A stretch of 64,000 nt of DNA from the human T2T-CHM13v2.0 reference genome, Homo sapiens. The first letter of the stretch is position 1. Every line of letters begins with the position of its first letter. Location of the stretch: assembly GCF_009914755.1 (NCBI RefSeq), contig NC_060937.1; one strand, given 5' to 3'. A model generated the notes under the pieces. The model was not told the origin of the DNA. It did not search any database and saw only the letters and a list, made by a program, of their open reading frames with translations. Positions 13,739 through 28,436 of this stretch are shown one piece after another. Position numbers and translations under genes: made by a program.

Positions 13739-14855
13739 TACTACCAAAGGCAAATACAAGTTGCAATTTGAAATGCTAAGCTGACTCTTCTCTAAAATAA
13801 GATATTAATATAAAATATTTAACTGTATCTGAAACATAAGGTTGACAGTGAGGGACTGCGTTAGGCTGATTTTTTTTTTAAGGAACCATACTATGTAGTG
13901 TTTCTATTATTACCTTTTATTGTTACCTATAAAAAATTATACAATATTATCTGTAACTGTTCTAAACATATTAATTTAGAGACCTCAGAAATATGTACAA
14001 GACATCTGTCCCTGTTCCAGTGTTGTTAGGGCCCTTTGGCTGTGATGCAAGGAACTAGTTAACGTGCACCTACTGTAGCAAACCCCGGCACCTGTATTGC
14101 CAACACTAATCAAAGTGCTCTCCTTCATGGGGTGAGAGAATCGCTATTTGTAATGCAATAATTAGGCTGGGTAGAAAGGCTTGTAAAGTAAATCAATCTA
14201 GTCTGCTCTCGAGATCTGACTCCATTCTCTTGGCAGATTGTTAACATAATGAGACAGAAGCCGACAAGAGGTCCTGCAGAAAAAAACCAGTGTCATTCCG
14301 TTCCCTTCTTTCTTTAATTTTACAAGGCTTCTTAGGACATAATTGTGATTAAAACTAATATGAGCCGTTGATAAAACATGGGATTCTAAGCCTTTCAAAG
14401 GTTATGGAAAGGATGACCTGAAATGCAGTAGCAGTCTGAGCCTATCACAACTTCTGTATTGTTTTACTGCAAGCTCTGAAAAGACCACAAGAATTCTCTG
14501 TGAGTAATTACAATTCAGGGAAAAATAACAGAAGAACATTGGAAGGCCAGCTTGAAAATACTGGTGATTAATCTGAAGTTCAAAAAAGGAAACAAATTAG
14601 GTGTTCTTTATAAATCAGGACGAGACTTTCAAAAGCAAACTTATTTGTTCTGCCTGACCTGCTGAATTGGCAAAATCTGCTGCCCTACCCCAACAACGAA
14701 GACGTTTTCTTATATACTGCAAGATTCTCATACAGACTTTCAAAATACATGTAAAATGAAAATAATTCTCATACATCTAGAAGCTATTTTCTTTCCTTTT
14801 ATATGCTTTGAAATCCTCTTTCTGAATGTCTATGTTATAGATATATGAAAATATA

Positions 14856-14865
14856 TGTGTGTACA

Positions 14866-14911
<46 letters not shown>
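14856..14911. repeat. (TA)n microsatellite
   Basis: Uninterrupted TA run of roughly 18 units preceded by TG/TA mixed units. Confidence 0.95.
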
Positions 14912-14912
<1 letters not shown>

Positions 14913-15205
14913 TTTTTCACAGGTATAGGGCATTAATTTAGAGGCCTTTTTCTCCCTACTTATATATTTCAAGGTTTTAACAGAATTCTGTTTTTAAGTT
15001 AAGTTTTCTCTGGAATGAACAAATATAAATCTAATGAGAAATAAAAATTTGAGATATTTGCATTTCGTAAACTGGGTCAAAATGACCATTTATATGAGGA
15101 AGAGCATCAGACTTTATAGTGAGCTCTTCTGGATTGAATAGTCTTGGATGCTTTCATTTTGCCCAGATTTTTGCATCATGGCTACTGTGAACAACAACCG
15201 TTTTT

Positions 15206-15413
15206 GTGTATATATATATACACACACACGCACACACACATATGTGGGGGTGTCTGAGTATGTAAATATACACACACTGGTGTACATGTATGAGTATGTA
15301 AATATACCAGTGTATGTGTAAATATATATATACATATATGTGTGTGCATATATATGTATGTGCATATATGCATATGTACATTCATATACACATATATGTG
15401 TACACATATATAC
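15206..15413. repeat. Compound TA/CA/TG low-complexity repeat
   Basis: Alternating purine-pyrimidine tract with an internal duplicated unit TGAGTATGTAAATATAC. Confidence 0.85.
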
Positions 15414-15754
15414 ATTTTATCAATGCTCAGGCCACTCAATACTTGAGATTAATTCAGAAGAAGTTAAAGAAACATTAAATTCTTAATTACCATGATTGTC
15501 TTTTTGTTTGGCCTAGCTTTTTATTTATTCTCAGAATAAAACCATATTCTTTTAAATGCAGGTTCACAAGGCTTCATCAACAACTGAATCTGCTGGTGTT
15601 TGTTGTTATTGCTATTGTTTGGTTTTGTTTGTATTTTTTTTCAGTAACAAGATAATTTCATAGACTTCTGTAAGTTGAATTTTATTTCTTTAATATTTTG
15701 TGTGAAGCATAGTAGTGATTAATCATGTGGTTAAAAATTAGCAAAAAAATTCAT

Positions 15755-15935
15755 TTAATGCTGGTTAACTATGTGCTCAATGCCATGTACATTATTCTCA
15801 CTTAATCCTGGTAACATTTCTTCTTCTGATGCAGGGATTGTTACTCTCTTTGTTCAGGTGGAAGAGTGACGTCTAACTAAATGAGTCCCTTGCCCAAAGT
15901 CAGGAAGCTGGGCAACGCGCAGGTACCCAGATCTT
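15755..15935 (-). mobile_element. MIR fragment
   Basis: TCTCACTTAATCCT...CAGGTGGAAGA...CTTGCCCAAAGTCAGGAAGCTG resembles the antisense MIR core. Confidence 0.55.
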
Positions 15936-16285
15936 ATTGTGAAGAACATGCCCTTCGTCGGAAAGCTGAGCTGCCCAGAGTGTATTTTCAATTACACTCC
16001 CTTTAATATTTATTATGTTCATTTTCAAATAGCAAAATAGGCAATACACACTTGCAAAGTTTAATAACTTTAAGACAGTTAAATTGTCATAATTTGGTAG
16101 CATAAGTATTTCCTTTTTGAAATAGGTTCGTATTTTATTTTTAAAAATTTTGCAAAGGGGAATATAGAAAGTATATAGAATTGAAATCTGAGCACTAAAA
16201 TTTCCATCACTAAATATACTTAAAAGGAAATTTACAAAATAAGCCTTCCAGAACACAGGTTTTCCGTTTTAGAAAATAGATCTAT

Positions 16286-16692
16286 GTATGTATGAAATCA
16301 AAAGAAAATTAATGCACAAAAGCAGACAGCAGAATGATAGTTGCCAGGGACTGAAGGAGGGGGGAAATGGGGAGATATTGAAAAGATACAAATGATCGGT
16401 TATGTGGGATAAATAACTTCTAAAGATCTAATGTGTAACATGGAGACTATAATTAATAATACTGTATTTTGCACTGAAAATTTGCTAAGAGCGTTGGTCT
16501 TAAATGTTCTCATCACACACCAAACCCATGCCCCCCACCAGTATACAAAGGTAACTATGTGAGGTCACGGAGAAGTTAATTAGCTTAATTGTGGTAATCA
16601 CTTCATCATGTATATGTATATCAAAACATCATGTTGTACACCTTAAATATATAAAATTTTTGTCAAGTATATGTCACTAAAGCTAGAAAAAT
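16286..16692 (+). mobile_element. L1MA (L1MA9-like) 3' end
   Basis: GGAGACTATAATTAATAATACTGTA...TTTGCTAAGAG...GTTAATTAGCTTAATTGTGGTAATCACTTC...CATGTTGTACACCTTAAATATA matches an L1MA 3' UTR. Confidence 0.82.
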
Positions 16693-17557
16693 ATATCAAT
16701 GTGCTATGAATAAAGGAAACCTGGATGAAGACATTAAAATCTGATCTTAATAAGGCTTCCAGTAGTTTAAGGGAGAACAAAAATTTGGAATATACAGTAT
16801 GGAAGTTTTATTTGAATGTTTCCATCTCCAATTTCACCACGATTATAATGAAAGAGACTTCTAGTGATAGAAATAAATCAGTTTTGAAACACAAAATGCC
16901 AAAAATATATATTGATCTGTGTATACACACACAAACACATATATATATTTAAATGTGTGTGTATATGTGTGTGTGTTTGTATTTTCCAGGAGAAATTTGT
17001 AATAAACCATAAAATTACAAATTGAATACAAATGAAAACAGCTGAGTTCTTATGGCTACTGAAAAGTTTTAAAATGAATAGCAGCATACATTACCCACAA
17101 TTTTAAGATTTCAGTTTATTACCATCACGCAATGTATTGTATTATCACTGCTGTTTTCCTTTAAATATTTATCCATAATGCTAGTTAACACCTACACTTA
17201 AGCCAAATACTTTCTTCCAAGAATTGTCCTTCCCTCTCACTAGCTCATACAAGCAATACCACAAATAACTTCTGGCTTTTATTCTGCATTTACGTAATGG
17301 ATTATATCCACTTTGTTTACGTAACTAATAGTGCAGAGTGCCAGAATTTTAATAACTGACCTAATGAACTTTAGTTAATGCTATAATAGACCAAGCTTTG
17401 TGTTACATCCCTCAAACAATCATATTCAATTATTCTCTTTGTGTTGCTTACCTCCAGATCCAGAGGACTACATGAGATTGAGGATATGTGTTTTCTCAAG
17501 TTTGTCTATTCAGATTTAATGGACAGATAGATTAATTGAAATTAAGAAAACATTTCT

Positions 17558-17863
<306 letters not shown>

Positions 17864-20261
17864 TAGGAAAACATTTCTATTTGGTAAAATCTTTGTAGCC
17901 ATACATTCACTTTCATTAATTTTAATTCAGTTCATAAAGAATAAAAAGTGATCAGATTATACATGCCGCGTGGTTCATTCTTTCCTTTACCAATACTAAA
18001 AGTGCTTTCTTACTTTTAGGACATTATGATGAAGAGTTAAAACAAGAATTTTTCAAAATATTTACTTTTGTGTACTCAGGCATGTAGCTCTCATATAGAA
18101 ACTAACATTGTGAATAGATACGTAACCTTGATTAAAACAACAAGCTTGTTCATACAATAAAATTTGATATGTTCAATTACGAATGAAGTAAACTCATAAT
18201 ACATTTAAAAATTATAGCTTCAATTTTGTAACATGCTTTCACTTCAGTTAAAGCAGAAACTGATGTGATATATGTGACAGACAGTTTAGTTGCCTGAGGC
18301 TAAGCTGACATGAGCCACAAGACTAGACATTTCTTAGGGCTGTTTTCTTTCTGTAACATTTTTGCCTTACATAGACAATTCATGTCTTATTAAGAGTCTA
18401 AATAAAAGCAAATTTAGTTGGATTTATTCATTCCTAAACTTAAAATGAAAAAAGAATGACAATAAGGTAAGTCTCTGACACTTGAGAAAACTAAATTTAA
18501 AAGGTGGTGAAGAAGAGAGGAGAGGAAGATTTCCAATTCATTTACAAATTGTAGGAAATTATTATAATATCGCAAGACAGAATGATGACAATGGAAATGG
18601 TGTCAGGAAAGAAAATGAGACTGGTAAGTGTAACTTTTTGCAAAGTGAAAGAAACTCACATTTTCATTATAGTAGATAGACTGACTAGAAATGTGTTCTA
18701 GAGAAACAATTCTCTAGATGCTGATTTGGAAAATGCAAGTGGTGTAAGGCACTTAATTTGCTCACTTTTATTCCATTTAGAGTCTTTTAAAATACATTTT
18801 TCTTCATTTGGCTAAATAATACATTGGTATTAAAATAGTCATATAACAAAACATATTTCTAATGCTAAACCCTTTATTATTTTATTGTTTATAGCAATTT
18901 GTTTTCATCAATGCTTAAGTATAAAAAAAGTTACATTTGCAAATTTTTATTTTTTTGAATTTTAATGTTCCATAAAATTTAGGGCTGTACAATATATACC
19001 TTTTCTCTATCCAGTAAGCAGTTGTTCTTGAAATGGTTACAAAGGGGTAAATGTATAGTGATGGTTTATACCATAGAGTGTTTATGGAAGAGATAACTCA
19101 GTTCCTTCTATTCCTGAAAATAAATAAGATTTCTTAGAATATTTTTACATTATAGAAATATTATAAATGGCACATGTGCATGCCAAGACATCATTTTCTA
19201 AAATGAAGAACAAAGGAAAATATGTAGCATATAAACTGCTGCTATTGTCATAATGTTTATAGGTGACATGGGAAAGATTTGTCTTTATGCTGGCATTAAT
19301 CAAATTTGGATGCTAACACATTTTTCCACGCTTAACTATATGTTGATTCAACATGTTTGTCGCTTATGTTGACTTCCTCCTAATTACACAGTTTACTAGA
19401 GGAAAACAACAAATCGTCCAATCCCCCATCACACCTAAATAAAGTTCACCTCATCTATTTTAGTAAGAGAAGTTTGAAAGTGCCTGAGATTTGGTATAAT
19501 GCGTGGCATTTTCCATAAATAAATTTATGTTTCACATATATCTTAAAATTTTTCAAGCAAAGAAACCTCTTTTTGTTTGTGAAAATGTCACATAAAGTGA
19601 TAAAATCTAAAATGCAGTTTTTGCTCCTCTCTCCCACATACAGAATATAGAATTACAAGAGAAATATATATGCTTATGATGAAGAAAATGTATCACCAAA
19701 ATAACTGAATGACAAGTTAAAACTTTACTAGGGTTTTAATTCAATAAACCATAAAAATAATTATAAACATAAGAATTGCAGGAAACTTAATTTTACGTAT
19801 CATAAATATATTCAATTGCTCATTACTGAAAGGAAAAATCCTTTATTTCATGGCTACTTTTTCCTGGCCCTGTAAGCATCTGATTTTAGACAATTTCCTC
19901 TGAAGTTATTCATCAGCTATTGATCACAACTCAAGTGGCTTTAATGAAATACTTTGATTGCGGGAGTATAGAAAGCACACTTGGGGCCAAAAGACAGCTA
20001 ACACTATGTAAATGAGCAGTCGTTAATTATAACTGAGCCAATGCATGAAGATTAGAGTATGTATTTGAACGGGAGAAATACCCTTACAAAGAAATAATTT
20101 AACTTAGAATTGCTTAGAAAACAGGGAGTTAAAGCAAGGCCATAAAACTTAGCGGCATCATTATTGTCAGCTTCAAGAACACTTCCACATAATGGTTATG
20201 TTGGATGATAGGAATAAAAAGACACTAGGCTAGATTCATAAACTATGTTTGCAAAATTCAG

Positions 20262-20480
20262 TCAGCCTGACCTTGGTTCAAATTCATGTGCTGCCAGTTA
20301 CCAGCTGTGCAAATTTGGACAAGTTCCTTAACCTGTCTGAAACACTTTTTCTTCAACACAGCAGAGTAAAAGTACACTTAGAAGGTAGTGTTTTTATTAG
20401 GAGCTCATCAACTGAGGCAGGTGAAGTGATTAGACAAGTACACCTGGTAAATATTACATGCTTAACTGACATTAACTGCT
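20262..20480 (+). mobile_element. MIR
   Basis: GGTTCAAATTC...CCAGTTACCAGCTGTGCAAATTTGGACAAGTTCCTTAACCTGTCTGA matches the MIR core. Confidence 0.7.
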
Positions 20481-21833
20481 AGCAGCTGCAGTAGTGGTAG
20501 TAGCAGTAATATTTACCAGTTATTATTAAAAATCTACAAAGTCACAACCTAAAACAAATGCCAAGTGACAAATGATGTTTTAGAGAGTAGAAACAGATCA
20601 GAAATTGTGACTGAGAAGCTAAGAGGGGAAGGCTATGAAAGACAAGAGGCCAGCATTGGTTTTATTCTTTGCCCAGTGAAAATGTGGAAATCAAAATGAA
20701 GACAGCATGACTTAAGAAGCAAGATAATTATTTGTCAGGGCAAGGAGTAAAAAGAGTCAGTTATCAAATGTTCATGGGTGCTGATCCTGAAGCCAAGAGT
20801 TTGGGTTACTGGGCATCTCACTCAGTCATGGAGACTCCCATATTTCCAGGCTGAGTGGGCATCAGGCCAGGGATGTTGGGGTGCTAGGCCTTTAGGAATA
20901 CAGATGTAGGGACACCGGGCTGGGGACAAAGCTTTGAGCCAAAGGTAAAGAAGAATAAATCAGAATAAGTAATCTTCCCAATTAATATGAGCTGAGGTTC
21001 CTTTAAAATTTTTTCTTTCAACAAATATTTTCATTTTAGCACCTCTTACCCCCACAAAAAATCAGGGAATAAACCATTCACGTGAAAGAGGTGAACCTAG
21101 CATGGTCATACTTGGTCCTTAACCATAACATGTAGCAATAACATGGTCTAGGAACCTAAGCAGTTGCCATTTAACATAGGTACAGTAATTTTAATTTTTT
21201 GTCGTTTTGAACACTACAGAACAATTTTGACTAGGTTTTCAAAATCTAAATATTTGTGCTGTTGACTTATTTTACCATATTGAAAGAGACACTACGCACT
21301 TAGAAAAAAAGCAAGTGACAAATACAAAAAGGCAGCACATATTGCCAGCTATTAAGCTACAGTTACCCTCAAGTGCTGGCAATTTAAAATGAACTTGTCT
21401 TATCTTAGGCAGCACTTAATTCACTCTGCACTTACAGAGAAATGCTCATCACTTTTAGATGTTCATGCCGATCAACATAGCAATAAATGAGATTACATAG
21501 GCGCTTCTGCTCAACTGGGATAATAAACATTAATTAATTAACTCATCAATGGAAATAACCCAGAGAGATTATCAAGATTGTAAAGATGACAAATTAGCAG
21601 AAATTGGAAAAGAAACATGCTCCTCTCTCTACTCAGGTCACTCACTTATCTTTTGTGTACAAGGAAAATATTTGTCAGGATTTTATCAGACAGCCATTAT
21701 TTAACATTTATTGAATGCTTCCTGACTATATCACAATGTATTGAATTACCAACCAATGTAATACTCAAAATATTTACAAGGTTTAATATGCTCTCCTTGA
21801 TAGGCCAGGATAAGCACTTTTTGCTCATCTTAG

Positions 21834-22291
<458 letters not shown>

Positions 22292-24519
22292 CCAGATAAC
22301 ACTTTTATATTCATTCTTAAACTTTCAAGTGTACTTTGAGATTTAGTTTTTTTTTTTTTTTTTTCTTTCTTAGGTCTAGTTTGAAATGGCTAGGTAACAA
22401 CTGAAATTCTAGGGGATACTCCTTTAGCCACTATTTTCACAGGCATAGTCTTACATTCAGGAAAATGTAGAGATATAGAAAATTACTGATGGATATGCAG
22501 ATATCCTTTAATGAAACTAAGGTCAATATTACAGTCTTAGAATGTAAAAAAGAGCTGTAAATATGCATTATCAGTGAGTCATTTTCCATATCAGAAACAC
22601 GCAGAAACGTGGAAGATACATGGCTTCCTCAGTCTAAGTATGTGACTCAAATAACAGACACTGTTTTCAGTGATAGGAGAATCAAATTTGCAATTAAATC
22701 ACTGCCCCTGTAGCTCAAAAGCGGAGTGTTGGCAAAACAATCCCTGACTTCAAAACTAACACCCAAGAGCAAAATCCATGACATTCAGCTGCTTATTTTG
22801 ATAGAGATCATTCATTCTGCCCCCAACCAAATCTTCAGAGGTCTGGTTTAGGGAGATGATTATACCACCCATAAAGTGTCATAGTAGTTATGGTGTTCTC
22901 TGATATATCTTTGGGAAACATACCATTTCCAAGTAAGCCCTCAGTTCAGGGACAAGATCAGAATTGAGATTGAAAGCTTTAGCCATAAGATAGTCTTCAG
23001 GCTTTTTCATTTGTAATATATTGTGAGATATGCTGGTAGAAAACACGACTTGACAATTGATTTCCTGTACAACTTCCTAGAAGGAGGTTTTTCCAATTCA
23101 CTGGAAAAATAACATGATATTTCCTACACTGCTATTATTAACATTTACAGACTTAGGGAACCATGGCACTATGAAGGACAGTAAGAGACTACACAGTTAA
23201 ACTGGTTACTCTAAAAATAAATTACATTCACAACTATATTTTACATTGCTATTTTAAAATATCTTTCCTAGTCTCAACAATAACTAAATACAATTGTATC
23301 ATAGAAAATCATTATTAAGGGTTTCTGAATTGAAACTTGTATTTGCTTCTGTTCCCAGTTTCAGTAAATCTAGGAAAAGCAATGTGGTACACTATGCAAT
23401 CATGTTGTCCCAATTTCTAAAGCCAAATTTCATTTCAAGCCCCATTACCTAGAAGGTAAGTACATGAATTAACCAATCTTAAAAAACAGAAATATGATTG
23501 ATTAGTGAGTTACCAATAGGATGCTTTCCCAACAAATAAGCAAACACCAAATCCGTCTTCTGGTGCCTGAAAATGTCACTGACAAACTGTGTTGAGTCAA
23601 GAAAATAGCCTTTGAACAATAATTTTAAAATAAATATGTTTGTAACATGGGAATCATATGCTAAAAATCATTGGCAATGAATAATTTAATTTATCTTCTA
23701 GCAAAAACCTCTAAGGCTGTGATACAGAACAGGCAGGTTTAATGGAATAGTAGAAAAATGTAACAGAGTATATACTTAACAGAGTCAGGGAGGATTCAAA
23801 TTTGAGATCTCCCATCATTTAAGAAGAAATATCCATTTTAGGAGAAGGATGAACTAGACAAGGTCTAGACTGTCAGCAAAAGAAGTATCTTCTCATATAA
23901 TAGAAATAATATTTTTCATAGTAATTTTAAAATATCAATGGATTTTTCTGTTTTTAGACAGTTGAGGGTTAAAAATTACCCAATGTCCTATGTCAGCTAT
24001 TAAGAGAAGTTTACAAAAAGGAATAATCATCATTTTACTTGACATTATACACATTGACTACACAGTCTGATATGAGACTTATGGACTGAAATCTGACTCA
24101 TTTAACATACAACTAGAACTAGAATAAGTTTTATTTTTCTTACTGAAAATTAATATATAGCTTTATTTATACATTTTTACTAGAATGTTTTATGCCTTCT
24201 ATTAATTATAACTATGGCGATTCCACTGACTTGATTTGATTTTAATTTCTAATTCTAGAAGGAAACAGAATGCTTTGCTCTATTCTGGCACCATAAAAAA
24301 TAACACCTAACCTTTAAACTTTTAAAAGAAAAGTATACAAAATGACAGGACACCGATGCTCTTTGCTATGTGTGTAATTTTCTTTTACTATGAAAGATAT
24401 GTTTTCCAACTGGGAAGGCTTTATATCCCTCTTGAAACACCTAAAGCATATTCTGTTCTGTATTGCAGTAACTCTACTTCTAGAAATGGGTATCAACAGA
24501 AATGTTATTACAAACATAA

Positions 24520-25027
24520 TGTACTCTGTTTTTTATTCTGCTGTTAAACCTCACTACAAACTTGCAACTTGTAACACTCAGATGTATAACCTTACATTTT
24601 CATAGGTCAGAAGTTGGACACAGGTCTTACTGGGCTACTATCCAGGTGTTATTGATATTAGGGCTGCCTTCCTCTTGAGGTTCTCAGGGAGAATCCATTT
24701 CCTTGCCTTTTTCATTTTTTTAAAGCCTGCCTGTATTCATTGGCTCATGAGTCTTTCCCTCCACATTCAAATCCAGCAAGGTCGCATCTCTTAACCATCC
24801 TTCCATAGCCACATTCCCTTCTCTCTTATTCTGCCTCTTTCTTCCACTTTTAAGGCCCTCCTGATTACATTGATCATATCCTGATAATCTAAGCTAATCT
24901 CTCCAGTTCACATTCCTTACTTATTCACATCTCATAGTCCATTTCCAATGTAAAACGATATATTCACAGATATTTGAGATTAGGACATGTAGTTCTTCGG
25001 ATAGGGAATATTTTTTGTCTACCACTC
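24520..25027 (-). mobile_element. MLT1D-like MaLR solo LTR
   Basis: GGTCAGAAGT...GGAGAATCCATTTCCTTGCCTTTT...TTGGCTCATG...CTTCCACTTTTAAGG...TATTCACAG...GATTAGGACATG matches antisense MLT1D/E. Confidence 0.8.
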
Positions 25028-27515
25028 AAACAAAATAATAGAGTATTATTTCTTCCCCACAGTACGTTGAAAACTACCCATCAACAGAGAATTGACAGAA
25101 AATTTTGATACATGCATGCAATGCAACATTATGCACTTGCTACAAATGACAAGGCATCCCCATATATAATGACATAGAAATATGATTGCAATATCTTAAA
25201 TACAAAACGCAAGATTTCTAAAGTGTATTTGTTAAGACCATTGGGTCTGTGAATTCAGATCTATGTTTGGTTCCAAGTTTGTGTACTAACTTCTTATAAG
25301 AAGGGATCTATATGTATTGACGAAGAAGAAAATTGCAAAAAAAAAAAAAAAATTACCTGACATACAACAACCAAAGTATTGCAGCTTCTGTTTATTACAG
25401 GTTGACTGGAGTCTGTGATGTTGAGAGTGTATTTGCAGTCTTATTATTGCACATCGCTATCACTAAGTGCCAAAAATAAAGAAAAAAATCAGTCGTCTTT
25501 TCCTTTAAATACAATGTTATTTCATGTTCATGTTTTACACATAAAAGATCGTAAGACCCAAGAGTGGTAGACATTGGGTTATCTTAGTAATTTTGGAAAT
25601 AATGAAAATTAGAGTTAATGTTACTTTCGAAATATACTCATTTTTTAAGACAAATTACTTATCTTTTTTATCATCGATGGTCACATTAATTGAGTCTTTT
25701 ACGATGTTAGCCATGAGCTCTTTGGAGTCTGCTGTATGCTCAGCGTTTTAAAGAACATCTGCTGCAACAGTTTTACTTGATTTTTTAGCCCTTGTTGTCT
25801 TCTGCTCTAGACAGCAACACATTGCTGAGATTCAATTCAAACTCACCAACAGCAACTTTAGCTTTACTTTATGTCTCTGCTTTCCAGTTCCCAGGTTTAT
25901 GACATTGCATGATCCCTTTCCAGCTCATGAAGTTCTTTTTCTCTCTTTCATTATGGTCCTCCTTCATGAGTTATAGAGTAACAGCACTGCTAAAGCTCTT
26001 ACTTGTGAATCTGAATTTTTAACAGTTATATAGATAGCTATTAGAAAAATTAGATGTGGAATAATATTTAATTTGCCTGTTGAACTTCTGAACAAATTTT
26101 AACATGTCACAATAGTCCCTTGCATATTTTAGGATTTCTAAAAATATTTCCTTTTAGTTTTATTACAGGTATCATGCACATAGTTAAATTTATATGATGT
26201 AATAGATTTGTCAGCTTACATTGAATGAAAAAACGGTTATTATTTCATAAAACTGATATTCAAGGGAAATGAAATAAAAAATACAGCACTTATTTATTTG
26301 CTACTCAGCTTAAATATGATAGTGTTAGTTTTGATAGTCATTAAAATTCAAGCCTGAATTTAGAGTATTTATTTTCCATAAAATAACTTATATGCAAATG
26401 GAAGAATTATTCCTTTAAATACAAAAACAATTCTTATAATAGGCATGAGAAAATTTAAAAAAAACTAAAACATGTAAATACAACACCTTTTTATTACAAT
26501 TTTAAAATAAAGTATTTTTTTGAAAGGAAATTAGGCAATGCCAAGCTTCAAAGAAGTCCTTTGGATAACTTCCTCTCCAATTGAATTGTTTCATACTGGA
26601 AATTATACTGTCAGGTGATTGTCCAATTTTTATTTTCTATTGTTGCTAGTTCTAAATGTAGAATTGTGGAACTATTGATGTTGCACACACATTATATATT
26701 TTCTAGTACATTATAACAATATTCTACCCTTTGGATTGGCTTTTCCTGAACAAACTAGAAAAGCATATATTATATTAAATGTATGCATAGAGCAAATGGC
26801 CAAATTCAGCCCTCAATGACAATCCTAAATAATTAAATTGTTTAAAGGAGAAAGTGCTTGCAAACATGAAAGAGGATAATTAAAATATATTTTTAGATCA
26901 TCCAACAACTTGAGCTTAAATTTTGTTTGCCAATAAATCTTCTAATGTCTTTGTTGTTTGCCATTGCTTCCAGTGAACGTGTTAGTTATCCAACATTCGT
27001 ATGTTTTCAAATGGCACATTAATTTTTTAGGCAGCATTACATAGTTGTGTTTGTTTTCTTAAAAACTGCGTGATCACTCCTGAACAAGCTGAGCACGGAA
27101 TGAGTTTCTGTGCTTTCAGAAAGGCGGGTACAGACATTAAAGACAGTGATCTTACCAAGAGGTTTTAAAATAAACACCTGTCTTATTTATTCTTTAAATT
27201 ATATACCTTGTAATAAATGTTTTGTGTTGTGCACAATGCTTATGTTTCATATCACTGCCATATTATTTTTAAATAAAAATATTAAAATGATTGCTGTCTT
27301 AGGAAAATAAAATTCAAAGTAGTGGCCAGACATAGCATTATCCTAGCTATCCCTCTTGGATTTTTCTTTTTTTCTTCTTACTCATTCTCTACTTCAAAGC
27401 TTCACTCTCTCTCCCAACAAAAGAGATGATTACCCCTCATTATAAACCACATGTAAATTTCAATATTGCAACATTTTAGATTATTCTTTAAGATCATCTC
27501 TGCAAAGCCTAATTA

Positions 27516-27555
27516 CATATATATATATAAATTGTGTTTGTGTATATATATATAA

Positions 27556-27595
<40 letters not shown>

Positions 27596-27606
27596 GTACA
27601 CACACA
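27516..27606. repeat. (TA)n/(TG)n compound microsatellite
   Basis: Directly visible TA and TG runs. Confidence 0.9.
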
Positions 27607-27608
27607 TC

Positions 27609-27765
27609 CAGTTGACTCTTGAACAACACAGGTTTGAATTGCATGGGTCAAATAGACATATCTTCTTACCTCTCCACCACCTCTAGTATAGTAAGACCAA
27701 CCCCTCTTACTTTTATTCCTCTTCAGCTTACTCAACATGAAGACAATGAAGATAAACATCTTTAA
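27609..27765 (+). mobile_element. Tigger2a-like (TcMar-Tigger) 5' fragment
   Basis: CAGTTGACTCTTGAACAACACAGGTTTGAATTGCATGGGTC (Tigger2 TIR) followed by GTAAGACCAACCCCTC...CAGCTTACTCAACATGAAGACAATGAAGAT. Confidence 0.8.
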
Positions 27766-28123
27766 GTCTATTAAATCTACATGAGGCAAGCAGCCTGTGT
27801 GATATATTGAAGCCCTCATATCCCACCACATCTCTGTGTAATGTAAGGACATAGAAAGTGACTCCTGCTAAATATTCTTTTTGTAACTGATGATTTGAAC
27901 CCTACCCATTTCTTGTGAGTGATTGGCAAATTGGTTTATTGTTTCTTCATCCTATAATTTATTCTTAATGTAATACAATTAATATACTTTTGAAGGCTAT
28001 TGCAGGATACTAGGTAATGGCTAACTGTGCTAATGAAATAAAATTGTAACTTTATATTAGGTTATAGCTGTTGCATATAAAGAAAAGAATATTGATTTTA
28101 AATATTGTTTTAAAGAAAATATT

Positions 28124-28436
<313 letters not shown>

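Noticed and set aside
15114-15439. Three overlapping minus-strand ORFs rich in Y/I/H/T/C/V
   Set aside because: Artefacts of translating TA/CA dinucleotide repeats.
18005-18090. Acceptor-like TTTCTTACTTTTAG followed by a short open frame (HYDEELKQEFFKIF...)
   Set aside because: No convincing downstream donor, the frame stops soon after, and such acceptor-like words are frequent in AT-rich DNA.
22705-22780. GCCCCTGTAGCTCA resembles a tRNA 5' end or A-box
   Set aside because: No D-loop GG, anticodon stem, TTCGA T-loop or complementary acceptor stem follows.
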